From Euryarchaeota archaeon UBA251 (GTDB lineage Archaea; Thermoplasmatota; Poseidoniia; Poseidoniales; Thalassarchaeaceae): DNA of 64,000 bases. The notes beneath the pieces were generated by a model. That model saw only the letters and a program-made list of their open reading frames with translations, was not told the origin of the DNA and searched no databases. The stretch spans positions 3,929 to 67,928 of the forward strand of contig DAFJ01000073.1 of the NCBI GenBank assembly GCA_002497905.1, written 5' to 3'. Made by a program: the position numbers and the translations under genes. Position 1 is the stretch's first letter. Each line of letters starts with the position of its first letter. Below are positions 8,634 through 18,787 of the stretch, piece by piece.

Positions 8634-11492
8634 ATGGCGTTCGGAGATATCGATGCCCCATACTTCCACGAGAATGGATTCGTTCGAACTCGCTGTCGAG
8701 TATCGGAACTTTGGTTCTGGACAAGAGATGAGGATAGGACGACTTCCGGTGACACGGATGAAGATGAATACACTTTCATTGGCGCACCGATTATCAAGGG
8801 ATTTGATCAAAGGGGTAAGGCGTTGAAGGATGCGATGCGCGAGGCATTCCTAGAATTCTTCGAGAAAAGGTCCCATTTACGAGTAGCCCCCTACCCAGTA
8901 ATAGCTCGATGGCGTGACGATATTCATCTTACAATCGCCAGTATTGCAGATTTCCAACCTCATGTTACTTCCGGAGAAGTCCCTCCTCCTGCCAATCCAT
9001 TGACTATCTCTCAGCCCTGTATCCGTCTAACTGATGTGGCTGCAGTAGGCCGTTCGGGCCGTCATCTTACAACTTTCGAGATGATGGCTCATCATTGCTT
9101 TAATCGTCCACAGGATGGTGATATTCACTACTGGATAAACGAGACAATCCGTTTCTGTGATGTGCTCTTTACAGAGGTTCTCGGAATCGATCCCATGGAG
9201 ATTAGTTATGTTGAGAATCCGTGGTCAGGTGGAGGGAATGCCGGTCCGGCTGTTGAAGTCATTGTTGGCGGTCTTGAACTAGCTACTCTTGTTTTCATGA
9301 ATCTCAAAGAAGACGAGACCGGTGATGTTGAAATTAAGGGTGTTCGATATAGTGAGATGCCATTACAGATCATAGATACAGGTTATGGATTAGAGCGTTT
9401 TTGTTGGGCTGCTGCTGGCACCCCAACGATTTACGAGGCTATCTATCCAGAGACCGTTTCATGGCTTCGTGAACTTTCATCTTTTGATGAACGCTTGAGT
9501 ACACTTGGCGATGTAGATGTGGATTTACTGTTAGCGGAACTTAGTCGTCTTGCAGGGATTTTGAATATTGATGTTGGAACAGATGTAGATGCGTTGTACG
9601 TCCGATTAATTGAACGCCTTTCGGAACGAAATGTCTCTCTTGATGTGGCTACGCTGAAATCAATCACAGAGCCACTCTCTTCCATCTATGCTATCCCTGA
9701 TCATATGCATGCTTTGTGTAACATGCTCAATGATGGCCTAGTTCCATCCAATGCAAAGGCCGGATATCTCGCTAGGATGATGGCACGTCGCGCATGCCGT
9801 ATGAAGGACGATCTTGGACTTACAATTGGTCTCGATGAAATTGGTGCTCATCACATCGATGTCAATTTGTCCGGTTCGATTGAACCTAAATCACGTCAGA
9901 ATATCCTAACGATTCTTGCTTTAGAGGAATTACGATATCGTGAGATGCTTAGAGCAGGACAAGCTGCTGTAAGAACGGCGTTCAAGGATATTCCTTCAGA
10001 TGCTAACAAGGTTCCCTCTGAGATTTTGTTTCGGCTCGCTGAGGAGCGTGGTTTGCAACCAGAGATGGTTGTCAGTATTGCATACGAGGCAGGTTGGCCG
10101 AATGTAACCGTCCCTGTCGGTTTTGCTGCGGATATGGCTGCTCGTCATGCAGAGCAAGTCAGGATGCTTGCAAAGCGCAAGGGTGGTGATGGAACCGGGC
10201 TTGGAGCGGGTCATCCTGCTACTATACGTTCATTCTATGATGACACTGCAGCAGTCCAATTTGATGCGAAGGTACTCTCTTGCATTGAAGGAATTGATGC
10301 TATTTCAACAGGCTCTGAATCTCTTGGCAATGCGACGCATGCTATAGTTCTCGATCGTACCTTGTTTTACCCTGAGGGCGGGGGGCAACTTTCAGATCAT
10401 GGTATTCTTTCAGATGGGTCGGCCTCAGTACGAGTTGTTGATGTCCAAATCGATGGTGATGTAATCTTACATCTGACAGATGGACCTCTGGCGACTGGTT
10501 CGGTTCAGGGTGAAATTGACTGGTCTCGAAGGAAGCAACTTATGGATCACCACACTGCTGTTCACATTGTAGGAGGTGCCGCTCGTCAGATTTTAGGAGA
10601 TCATATTTGGCAAGCCGGGTCAAACAAAGGTGCTAGATACGCACGTCTTGACATCACTCATCACAGTCGTCTTGAGCGCGAGGTACTAGATGCAATAGAG
10701 GACTTGGCAAACGAAGTCGTTGCTTCAAGTCCGACTGTGGAGAAGTTACTAATTCCTCGCGCTGAAGCTGATGCAAACTTTGGTTTCGAACTCTATCAGG
10801 GCGGACCCCCAAAGCATTCTGAAATTCGTGTGATTCGTATTGGTGAATTCGATGTTCAGGCATGTGGAGGTACTCATCACGATGATGCAGGCATGGTGGA
10901 TTACGTCCGTGTCATCCGTTCGAATCTTGTGCAAGATGGAGTAGAACGACTCCACATTCTTGCAGGTTCGGCAGCACGAGAACATGCAAAGCAACAGGAG
11001 GATCTACTGTCGCGTAGTGCTGATGTTCTTGGTGTTCAAGCGGATGATCTCCCGGCTACAGTAGGGCGTTTCTTCAATGAATGGAAAGAGCAGCGGAAGA
11101 GAATCGAAGCTCTAGAAGCAGAGATTGTCAGACTTCGTACCTCTGGTAGTGATGGCGGAACCACAGAGGTAGATGGGGTTAGAATTGTTGTAATGGAAGT
11201 CGATGGTGGTATGAAGCAGATGCAAGCTATGGTCAAGGAGCTCACCTTAGACCCTTCAAATCCAACTATTGCAGTCCTAGGCAGTCGAGATGGAGGAGGA
11301 AAATTACTTGCTGCAGTCACCGAGGGAACAGAAGCGACTAACAGGGTTGATGCTGGTTCGCTAATTCGTGAGATAGCCCCGCATATTTCGGGTGGTGGCG
11401 GAGGTCGTCCAACATTCGCTCAAGCCGGTGGATCAAATCCCAATGGTCTCGATGCGGCCCTTGATGCCGCTCGAACTATTCTTGGATTGTAA
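8634..11492 (+). CDS. alaS: Alanine--tRNA ligase, archaeal type
   Basis: ENGFVRTRC...FWT, YPVIARWRDDIHLTIASIADFQPHVTSGEVPPPANPLTISQPCIRL, editing-domain HTAVH...CGGTH, and a C-terminal DHHA1-like GGGGGRPTFAQAGG. GAGGTGA Shine-Dalgarno-like sequence 6 nt before the ATG. Confidence 0.93.
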   Translation: MAFGDIDAPYFHENGFVRTRCRVSELWFWTRDEDRTTSGDTDEDEYTFIGAPIIKGFDQRGKALKDAMREAFLEFFEKRSHLRVAPYPVIARWRDDIHLTIASIADFQPHVTSGEVPPPANPLTISQPCIRLTDVAAVGRSGRHLTTFEMMAHHCFNRPQDGDIHYWINETIRFCDVLFTEVLGIDPMEISYVENPWSGGGNAGPAVEVIVGGLELATLVFMNLKEDETGDVEIKGVRYSEMPLQIIDTGYGLERFCWAAAGTPTIYEAIYPETVSWLRELSSFDERLSTLGDVDVDLLLAELSRLAGILNIDVGTDVDALYVRLIERLSERNVSLDVATLKSITEPLSSIYAIPDHMHALCNMLNDGLVPSNAKAGYLARMMARRACRMKDDLGLTIGLDEIGAHHIDVNLSGSIEPKSRQNILTILALEELRYREMLRAGQAAVRTAFKDIPSDANKVPSEILFRLAEERGLQPEMVVSIAYEAGWPNVTVPVGFAADMAARHAEQVRMLAKRKGGDGTGLGAGHPATIRSFYDDTAAVQFDAKVLSCIEGIDAISTGSESLGNATHAIVLDRTLFYPEGGGQLSDHGILSDGSASVRVVDVQIDGDVILHLTDGPLATGSVQGEIDWSRRKQLMDHHTAVHIVGGAARQILGDHIWQAGSNKGARYARLDITHHSRLEREVLDAIEDLANEVVASSPTVEKLLIPRAEADANFGFELYQGGPPKHSEIRVIRIGEFDVQACGGTHHDDAGMVDYVRVIRSNLVQDGVERLHILAGSAAREHAKQQEDLLSRSADVLGVQADDLPATVGRFFNEWKEQRKRIEALEAEIVRLRTSGSDGGTTEVDGVRIVVMEVDGGMKQMQAMVKELTLDPSNPTIAVLGSRDGGGKLLAAVTEGTEATNRVDAGSLIREIAPHISGGGGGRPTFAQAGGSNPNGLDAALDAARTILGL

Positions 11493-11493
11493 T

Positions 11494-12186
11494 TCAATCT
11501 GAGTTGTCAAGTAATCCTTCCATCGATAGCAGGCCACCTTGTAGACCCGCAAGTATCCCCCATTCAAGGATTGCAGCTAATTCAAGATACATCATCAAAA
11601 AGGGAATGCCAATCAAGATGCCAGATCCGATACCAAGTATCAAACTCCAGCGTCGTACATCTCTTGCAGGGAAACTAAACACAAGTCCTGTGTCATCATC
11701 TTCGCCTATTATCCAGTGAGCAGCGAGAATCCAAACAAGGCCACTGGAAAATATGATCACAGCAAGGATATGATGGGAGAGTGGATACACTGTGAACGGT
11801 AGATGAACAAGTAGCATAAGGCAGATGCCATTTGTAACGCCTATGCCTGTTGCGACATATTCAAACCAAGTTCCATTCTTATTCAATGGCCCCCCTCTTC
11901 TTCCCATTCTGATGACCAACCATGTAGAAAGCAGTCCACAAATGGTAAATCCAATCTTGAATAGATGAATTTCCGGTTCGTAGATGCCCCCTGAGGAGAT
12001 AAAGGAAGGAAGCCCCTCAAACACAAAAGAATCGATGAAAGGTGCGAGTGAATCTCCAAGGTCGAATATCTCATCACGTTCACCTCCTCCTGTTTGCATC
12101 AAGATTTGAGTGAGGATTGCTGTGAATACACCAATTCCCACAATCAAACGGATATGGTGTCTACGAACTAATTCGAATCCGTTCAT
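11494..12186 (-). CDS. Polytopic membrane protein, unknown function
   Basis: About 6 hydrophobic helices. The ATG overlaps the stop of the upstream Nudix gene (ATGA), which suggests co-translation. Confidence 0.55.
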   Translation of the reverse strand: MNGFELVRRHHIRLIVGIGVFTAILTQILMQTGGGERDEIFDLGDSLAPFIDSFVFEGLPSFISSGGIYEPEIHLFKIGFTICGLLSTWLVIRMGRRGGPLNKNGTWFEYVATGIGVTNGICLMLLVHLPFTVYPLSHHILAVIIFSSGLVWILAAHWIIGEDDDTGLVFSFPARDVRRWSLILGIGSGILIGIPFLMMYLELAAILEWGILAGLQGGLLSMEGLLDNSD

Positions 12187-12962
12187 GCTCTTCCCTCTAG
12201 ATTCTTCAATGCCTTTAGGGCTTCCTCATCAAATTGAGATGCGGCACGTTGAATTGCCTCATCTAGAGTAAACCACTCCCCCTCCTCAATTTCATCAGGT
12301 TTCGGTTTAAGCTCAGGTCGTTGGTTGAGATCAACAAGGTATGTGAAGGAGACATATTGGATTCCCTCGCTACTGAAGATCCGTTCCTGGATGTGACAAA
12401 AGTCGTCTCCAGGTAATGCATCTCCTGATTCACCCATTGGATCTGCAATTGAGATATCGATTCCCATCTCCTCGTAAGCTTCTCGAATTGCTCCGTTTCT
12501 TGGATGTTCAGCATAATCTAGGTAGCCACCAGGTAGAGTCCAGAATCCTGTGAAGTGTCCCCGAAGCACTTTCCCAAGGAGTACATTGCCCTCTGGGTCT
12601 CGGATAATGACTTTGGCAACCAATCGGTGAATCGTTCTGTAGACGGATTCTCTAGCTAATGGATGTACAGCTGAATCTGAGATTACATGGTCTTTCCATG
12701 CCCAGTTTGCAGGCCACTCAATACGGGGTGTTCCATATTTGACGACATGGATTGTTTTTCCATTGTCCATTCGATTGGTTCGCTTCACATCCCATTCAAA
12801 TCCCATATCTCGGACTTCATCTTCTGATGGAAGACGAAGTAGCCAACCATTGGGGCCAGTTTCTGTTCTACCCGGTAATGGAATCTGAGGTCCTTGTCCG
12901 TGCTCGTCTACGAGGAGAATCTTCCCGTCGTGTTCGAGATGGAGGTACACCTCGCCATCCAT
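12183..12962 (-). CDS. Nudix hydrolase with N-terminal extension
   Basis: Nudix box GGYLDYAEHPRNGAIREAYEEMGIDI (GX5EX7REUXEEXGU). Confidence 0.8.
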   Translation of the reverse strand: MDGEVYLHLEHDGKILLVDEHGQGPQIPLPGRTETGPNGWLLRLPSEDEVRDMGFEWDVKRTNRMDNGKTIHVVKYGTPRIEWPANWAWKDHVISDSAVHPLARESVYRTIHRLVAKVIIRDPEGNVLLGKVLRGHFTGFWTLPGGYLDYAEHPRNGAIREAYEEMGIDISIADPMGESGDALPGDDFCHIQERIFSSEGIQYVSFTYLVDLNQRPELKPKPDEIEEGEWFTLDEAIQRAASQFDEEALKALKNLEGRA

Positions 12963-13029
12963 GATACTGGGTAGTAGCGCCCCGTCATCAACCCGACGAT
13001 TAATTCAACGTTCCAAATTGGCCTGTTGC

Positions 13030-14010
13030 CTACAAAAGGTCACTTACAGCCTCTCGTTCACTGAGGAGTGCCGCTACATTTTCATCGATTTTCGCCTGTG
13101 CGAATGTGTCAACCGAAAGGTCGTCAACCACAATCACCTCTCCACCTTCACATCGACATGGGAAACTAAACACAATCCCCTCGGGTACTCCATACCAGCC
13201 CTCTGAAGGGAGTGCGACGGAAACAATGCGTCCATCTGACCCTTGCCACCAATCGCGCATATGGTCTACAGCAGCCGAAGCAGCAGATGCGGCGGAAGAT
13301 GCTCCACGAGCCATGATAATCGCCTTTCCACGTGTTGAGACAGTATTGAGGAATTCACCTTGAAGCCATTCTTCATCGAATACTTCAGTCGCTGATTTGC
13401 CACCAATTGTCGCCATCGAGGGGTCAGGGTACATCGTATTGGCATGATTTCCCCAAATGAATACGTCTTGAACTTCTGAGGCTGGAACGCCGGCACGTTC
13501 TGCCATTTGTCCGACCGCGCGATTTTGGTCGAGGCGAGTCATAGCTGTGAACTGCCGAGGAGGGATGCTTGGTGCATTTGCAGAGGCAATTAGTGCATTG
13601 GTATTGCACGGGTTGCCAACAGTAATCACCTTCACCTTGCGAGAAGCTACAGCATCAATTGCCTTGCCTTGACCTACGAAGATTGGTCCATTGGCAGCGA
13701 CAAGATCGGATCGATCCATGTCCTTAGTTCTCGGGCGTGATCCGACAAGGAAGATTGCATCTGCTTCGTTGAATGCAACTTCTGCGTTATCCGTGCCTAC
13801 GATGTCGTGCACCAGTGGAAATGCAGAGTCCCTTAGTTCCATGATTACGCCCTCGAGACGCTGCATTCCAGGGGGGATTTCCAGTAGCTGAAGAATTACT
13901 GGCTGATTGGATCCAAAGCAATCACCGCTTGCGATTCGCCACAATAAGGCGTATCCAATGTTTCCAGCCGCTCCAGTGACGGCAACTCGTATAGGCGCTT
14001 GAGTTGTCAT
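13030..14010 (-). CDS. mdh: Malate dehydrogenase (NAD-dependent, cytosolic/Thermus-like MDH group)
   Basis: N-terminal Rossmann motif [23 protein letters not shown], plus [21 protein letters not shown] and [12 protein letters not shown] blocks. Confidence 0.9.
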   Translation of the reverse strand: MTTQAPIRVAVTGAAGNIGYALLWRIASGDCFGSNQPVILQLLEIPPGMQRLEGVIMELRDSAFPLVHDIVGTDNAEVAFNEADAIFLVGSRPRTKDMDRSDLVAANGPIFVGQGKAIDAVASRKVKVITVGNPCNTNALIASANAPSIPPRQFTAMTRLDQNRAVGQMAERAGVPASEVQDVFIWGNHANTMYPDPSMATIGGKSATEVFDEEWLQGEFLNTVSTRGKAIIMARGASSAASAASAAVDHMRDWWQGSDGRIVSVALPSEGWYGVPEGIVFSFPCRCEGGEVIVVDDLSVDTFAQAKIDENVAALLSEREAVSDLL

Positions 14011-14031
14011 GCCCGCGAATGCTGAGGTTCC

Positions 14032-14039
14032 GTCTATGA
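14032..14039 (-). promoter_or_regulatory. Candidate TATA-like box (TCATAGAC) for mdh
   Basis: Centred about 25 nt upstream of ATG 14010. Spacing fits a leaderless mRNA. Confidence 0.25.
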
Positions 14040-14080
14040 CGATTGCCCCACCGTAATGCGGATTATTGAAAGGGCCCTAG

Positions 14081-14821
14081 GTGTCAGAGAGGATTGTGGA
14101 TATCGGTCCAAAAAAGCCGATGTGGGCATTATTACTCCTAATTCCTGCTCCTTCAATAGGTGTCCTTGCAAATGGTGTACTTGCAGAATCTGATATTGCT
14201 GTATATGCTCTGATTGGGCTTGTCATCTGGATGATTTGCAAGGTATGGATTGTAGCATTCCCAGCATTCTGGCATCGGCGATTCGATCAGGGTGAATTCG
14301 GGTTCTCACCTCTTGCTGAGGATTCAGGCCTACGGCCGTGGTTGGAGGGGATTCTACTTGGGGGGGCACTTTCAACAGTACTCTTCGTAACTTTCCTTGC
14401 AGCAAGGCCTCATATCAATCTCGTAGAGATAGGTGCGTCTATTCGAGAAGTAGGCCTCGATTCTTGGCCCAAAGTGATTGCAGCCATCCTATTCTGGGTC
14501 TTCATCAATAGCGTTGTTGAGGAGTATGTGTATCGTTGGTTTATCACAAATCAGGCGGCTTCAATCATAGGAGATTATCCAATTCGTGTTGGGGCGATTT
14601 CAGTTGTTGCGTTCACACTTCATCATTTTGTGGCAGTGGCCCTCGTTGCTCCATCATTGTGGATAGCCTTGCTCGCTGCTGCTGCTGTCGCTATAGGGGG
14701 TGCGGCATTTTCCTTCCTTTATCATCGTCACAGTTCCATTTGGCCAGCATGGGCGTGTCATGCGATTCTCGATGTGGTTGTCTTTGGGGGCGTTGCATGG
14801 ATTGCTCTTGTCGCGACATGA
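14081..14821 (+). CDS. CPBP family intramembrane glutamic endopeptidase (CAAX protease-like)
   Basis: Motifs VVEEYVYRWF (EExxxR), FTLHHF and ACHAILDVV in a multi-TM protein. GTG start at 14081; alternative ATG at 14120. Confidence 0.75.
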   Translation: MSERIVDIGPKKPMWALLLLIPAPSIGVLANGVLAESDIAVYALIGLVIWMICKVWIVAFPAFWHRRFDQGEFGFSPLAEDSGLRPWLEGILLGGALSTVLFVTFLAARPHINLVEIGASIREVGLDSWPKVIAAILFWVFINSVVEEYVYRWFITNQAASIIGDYPIRVGAISVVAFTLHHFVAVALVAPSLWIALLAAAAVAIGGAAFSFLYHRHSSIWPAWACHAILDVVVFGGVAWIALVAT

Positions 14822-14895
14822 GCTAAGAATTCTGAATACATAGAGTTCAAATGCCGGTTTCAGATGGCTGCAAATATTCCGATTGGGAAGTGTTG

Positions 14896-15720
14896 ATGAT
14901 GGATTTTGTTGTGCTGTTGAAGCAGGTTCCCAAGCCGAAGGAGATGCGCGTAACCGCTGAAGGCACATTGGACCGTGCATCCGCTCCAAGTCAGATCAAT
15001 CAGGACTGTCAGCATGCTCTTGAGATGGCTCTCTCGATGAAGGACGCCTATGGTGGCCGCGTAGTGGTCGTATCTATGGGTCCTCCGAATTTCCAGATGT
15101 CTCACATTACCGCGATGGAGCGCGGAGTGGATGAAACAGTACTTCTCTCCGATCGAAAACTCGGTGGTTCTGATACTTGGGCTACAGGATACGCTCTTTC
15201 TGGGACTCTCAAGCATATTGGTTACAGTTCAGAGCGTAATGATTGGCTTGTCATGGGCGGTCGTCAGACTACCGACGGAGATACTGCACACGTACCAAGT
15301 CAAGTCGCAGAAAACCTTGGCATACCTCAGGTGACTCTTGTAGAGACCTGTGAGATTATGGATGGTTCGGCAAAGGTTCGTCGAATCGTCGAAGGTGGTA
15401 GTATGGATCTAAGTATGCCACTACCTTGTATGCTTTCCATTGCACCGACAGCCGCTCCTCTACGTGGCCGTAACATGAAGGCAGCAGTTGCTGTCAAGAA
15501 GCATGTCACAAAGGACCAACGTGGCAAAGACACATTCAAGGAAGGTGCGCCAATATTCCGACTTCTTTCAGCAGATGATGTTGAACTTGAAGGCACGAAA
15601 ATCGGCCTTGCTGGATCTCCAACGATAGTTGCTGCTGCTCCAAGGGTAGAGAAAGCCTCTCGTGATCTTCAGTTAACCGATTCTGATGGCCTAATTGGCG
15701 TCGTGGAGGGATGGCAATGA
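14896..15720 (+). CDS. etfB: Electron transfer flavoprotein, beta subunit
   Basis: MMDFVVLLKQVPKP start typical of EtfB, GRQTTDGDTAHVPSQVAENLGIPQVT block, and overlap with the etfA start. Start taken at ATG 14896 rather than the track start 14851. Confidence 0.85.
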   Translation: MMDFVVLLKQVPKPKEMRVTAEGTLDRASAPSQINQDCQHALEMALSMKDAYGGRVVVVSMGPPNFQMSHITAMERGVDETVLLSDRKLGGSDTWATGYALSGTLKHIGYSSERNDWLVMGGRQTTDGDTAHVPSQVAENLGIPQVTLVETCEIMDGSAKVRRIVEGGSMDLSMPLPCMLSIAPTAAPLRGRNMKAAVAVKKHVTKDQRGKDTFKEGAPIFRLLSADDVELEGTKIGLAGSPTIVAAAPRVEKASRDLQLTDSDGLIGVVEGWQ

Positions 15721-16820
15721 GTGACTGGCCAGAGGACGCAACTGTTCAGAGGTTCAGTGATGCTACTTCGTCAGAAGGAGTCATGGTCTTCGCAGAAATG
15801 GTGGATGGGCATCTTCTCAATGTTGGCCGAGAACTAATGGGGCCAGGGCGCGAGATGGCAGATCATCTAGGCGTAACTCTCTCTGCCGTTCTCATCCACC
15901 ATTCTGTAGGTGATGCTCCACAGGATCTCATATCCCTTGGAGCTGACAAGGTGATTGTGGTTGAAGATGCTCGATTAGAGCATTACACGACCCTCCCATA
16001 TGCGCGTGCCCTCTCAGATTATCTGACAAATGTACATCGCCCTGAGATTCTCCTCATGGGTGCTACAACGACTGGTCGCGATCTTGCTCCACGGGTTGCA
16101 AGTCGTGTCGATGCGGGCGTTACAGCCGATTGCACGAAACTAAGCGTCGGTCCATTCTACCACCGCAAGACAAAATCAGTCACAACTCACATGCTTGAGG
16201 CTCATCGACCATCCTTCGGTGAATCGAAGTTAGCCTGTATCATGTCTAACCCCGAACAGTTGTGGGCTCCTGCAATGGCAACAGCTCGCCCTGGTATTTT
16301 CGTTGCTCCTGCGTCCGATTCCTCAAGAACTGGTGATGTGGAGGCCTTTACTCCGGATTGGCAGGATGGAGATTTCTCTGTCGAAGTGATGGATGTCCGC
16401 AGAGGCGGAGGCGAGCGCGTCGATTTAGGGCACTGCAAGATTGTTGTCGCCGGTGGAATTCCATGTGGACAGACTGGGTTCCGAGAAATTCACGATCTTG
16501 TTGATGCTCTCAAGGCACAGGGATTGGATGCAGAATGGGGTGCAAGTCGAGCTGCTGTTGATGCAGGTCATGCGCCAAGCACGCGTCAGATTGGTCAGAC
16601 TGGTCAGAGCATCCGTCCTCCAGTTTACGTCGCTGTTGCAATTAGTGGTGCACCTCAACACACTGCCGGGATGAAGGATAGTGAACGGATTGTTGCAGTA
16701 AATACGGATGAATCATGCACGATGGTTCAGTCTGCAGATGCAGCCATCATTGGGGACTACCGCGAAGTTGTTCCTCAACTTACTGAGAAGGTAAAATCAG
16801 GGTTCACTTTTGGCCTCTGA
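15711..16820 (+). CDS. etfA: Electron transfer flavoprotein, alpha subunit
   Basis: C-terminal FAD-binding block QIGQTGQSIRPPVYVAVAISGAPQHTAGMKDSERIVAVNTD. Alternative start ATG 15717 overlaps the etfB stop (ATGA). Confidence 0.85.
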   Translation: MAMSDWPEDATVQRFSDATSSEGVMVFAEMVDGHLLNVGRELMGPGREMADHLGVTLSAVLIHHSVGDAPQDLISLGADKVIVVEDARLEHYTTLPYARALSDYLTNVHRPEILLMGATTTGRDLAPRVASRVDAGVTADCTKLSVGPFYHRKTKSVTTHMLEAHRPSFGESKLACIMSNPEQLWAPAMATARPGIFVAPASDSSRTGDVEAFTPDWQDGDFSVEVMDVRRGGGERVDLGHCKIVVAGGIPCGQTGFREIHDLVDALKAQGLDAEWGASRAAVDAGHAPSTRQIGQTGQSIRPPVYVAVAISGAPQHTAGMKDSERIVAVNTDESCTMVQSADAAIIGDYREVVPQLTEKVKSGFTFGL

Positions 16821-16844
16821 AATCACCTTTGCACTGGTCCAGAA

Positions 16845-18707
16845 TCAATCAACACAATGGCCCATCAATGAGGCTTTCATAGCCAGATGAATGTGGACTT
16901 GATCTATCATTTCAGGAACTCCTGATGCGTAATATCCGTAGGTATCGAATCCCTCACCTACGCTCTGATCTATAATTTGTGAACAATCTCCTTGGAAATA
17001 TACTGGGACGGGTCGATTTGTGTGGCTTTGACCACCATATGGATCTGATTTACTCGGTCCCCAAAAATGCCCCATTTCCTCCACATTGCCTCCAAGTGTG
17101 AGATTCAAAGCGTTGTCGTTTCGAATTAATTCTGGGAAACTATCAGTCAGTGTCAGATAGTGGTCATGATCTGCAGTGACTACTAACATATTTCTTTCCC
17201 AACCTCCGTTCTGTTCTATCCAATCAACAACTGTTGCGACTGCCTTGTCAAAATCGATGACTGAACCGATTAAAGCATCCAAATTGTTGGAATGGGCGGC
17301 CCAATCGATGTCGCCAGATTCAATCGTTAAGAAAAATCCCTGTTCATCATCTCCACAGGCCTCTAACATACTTGCTGACATTTCAGCAAGAGTTGGATTT
17401 TCATCGCGTTCTTTTAGGATATATTCCTCTTTTGTAAGTGGTCCGTAATCTCTGGAAATATCCGATGGAGGGCCATTTTTGAGATTGAGCCCCCATCCCG
17501 TTTGATCATAAGAACCATTGGCGCCTGAATATGGAAGATTGGCTTGTCCTATCCCTCCATACAATCCCAAGATTTTCCCATCAGATGCACTATCATATGC
17601 TGATGTTACAGAATGAAGAGTATCTGCTGAATTTGGGCTGTTAAGTAGTAGAGTATTGTTCGAGTTCGATGTAAATTCATCGAGATATGATGAAGGTACA
17701 TAGAAATCGCTAACATGGGAATTTGGGTTTCCAGTTCCTAACAATATATTGATTCCATCTGAATTATCATACCAAGAGAGTACATCATCACCAACCATTG
17801 AATTAGAAATAGATCCATCATGGAAACGATATCGACTGTTTATTTTCGCGAATGCTGAGGCAGGGGTTGCATGTGTAATTGGTACATTGGAACTAATTCC
17901 TACACACATCCCCTTACCTGAAGCAATATCTCCTAAACTCGGGTTGGCTCGTTCATTTAGATCAACTCCCACTGCATTGTAGAAGGTCTTGACACCTGTC
18001 ATCAGCGTAGTTGCAGTTTGAGCACTATCGGGATAATCATAGGTAATATACAGTGGATCGAAAGAAGTAGAATCATCGTTGTGATAGTATCTTGAATCCC
18101 ACGGAGAAGCCCCTCCAAGATCGGGATCGTATCGAACTAAGTTCGCCCTTGGATCGAACTCAATATCTCGATAGTCTTCACTTGCAGTGGGTGTATTGCT
18201 TCCAGTATCAACACGTAGGCTATTCTTCTTGGATCCATCAACAGTTGTTGAGTAGGTTGTAGCAATTTGAAAACCAGATAATTCTTGCATTGCAAGACCA
18301 TTTCCTTTACCTGAGGTGTAGAAATCTGTTAGTAAATCCCCCTGGGTACCAGAGTTAATTTGGCTATAAATCGCTGCAGCTCGAACCATTTCCCACCCCA
18401 TGCCATCACCAATCATCAGGATGACATTCATGCTGAGGTCACAGTTTCCATCATCTTCAGTAGCATTCGCGATGAAATTACGCGCTTTGGGATTGGTACA
18501 ACCCGTTAGCACGTTGTTTTGGTCTTGATTCTCTTCTATTACGTAATAGCATGAACCATCATCATTGGTTGCATTAAGGTTGTAATTGAGTGCAGTAGAA
18601 TCATTGCACCCATAGATTTCAGATTCTTGATTTTCATCTTCACTGAGGCACCCAATGTAAGGGGACAGCATCACAATAACGACCAGTATTGCAACAGTTC
18701 TCTGCAT
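16845..18707 (-). CDS. Secreted alkaline phosphatase (PhoA family) with N-terminal duplicated Cys motif
   Basis: Signal peptide MQRTVAILVVIVMLSPYIG. Metal/active-site contexts VILMIGDGMGWEM, ITHATPASAF, SGDIDWAAHSNN and VVTADHDH. Confidence 0.8.
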   Translation of the reverse strand: MQRTVAILVVIVMLSPYIGCLSEDENQESEIYGCNDSTALNYNLNATNDDGSCYYVIEENQDQNNVLTGCTNPKARNFIANATEDDGNCDLSMNVILMIGDGMGWEMVRAAAIYSQINSGTQGDLLTDFYTSGKGNGLAMQELSGFQIATTYSTTVDGSKKNSLRVDTGSNTPTASEDYRDIEFDPRANLVRYDPDLGGASPWDSRYYHNDDSTSFDPLYITYDYPDSAQTATTLMTGVKTFYNAVGVDLNERANPSLGDIASGKGMCVGISSNVPITHATPASAFAKINSRYRFHDGSISNSMVGDDVLSWYDNSDGINILLGTGNPNSHVSDFYVPSSYLDEFTSNSNNTLLLNSPNSADTLHSVTSAYDSASDGKILGLYGGIGQANLPYSGANGSYDQTGWGLNLKNGPPSDISRDYGPLTKEEYILKERDENPTLAEMSASMLEACGDDEQGFFLTIESGDIDWAAHSNNLDALIGSVIDFDKAVATVVDWIEQNGGWERNMLVVTADHDHYLTLTDSFPELIRNDNALNLTLGGNVEEMGHFWGPSKSDPYGGQSHTNRPVPVYFQGDCSQIIDQSVGEGFDTYGYYASGVPEMIDQVHIHLAMKASLMGHCVD

Positions 18708-18787
18708 TAATTACGCGCCTAACCTGAATAGGGATAATCATTCGGATTGTGAAAGCATCCTCATTGAGCCACCGGAACTAGGCCGAT

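Noticed and set aside
8517-8810. N-terminal extension of the RtcB ORF (track start 8810).
   Set aside because: The extension overlaps the alaS start and has no RtcB-like sequence. ATG 8516 gives a canonical RtcB of about 490 aa. Similar extensions were trimmed at 18-335, 6365-6460, 22468-22518, 37903-38064, 42805-42927, 50025-50078, 53441-53494 and 53498-53548.
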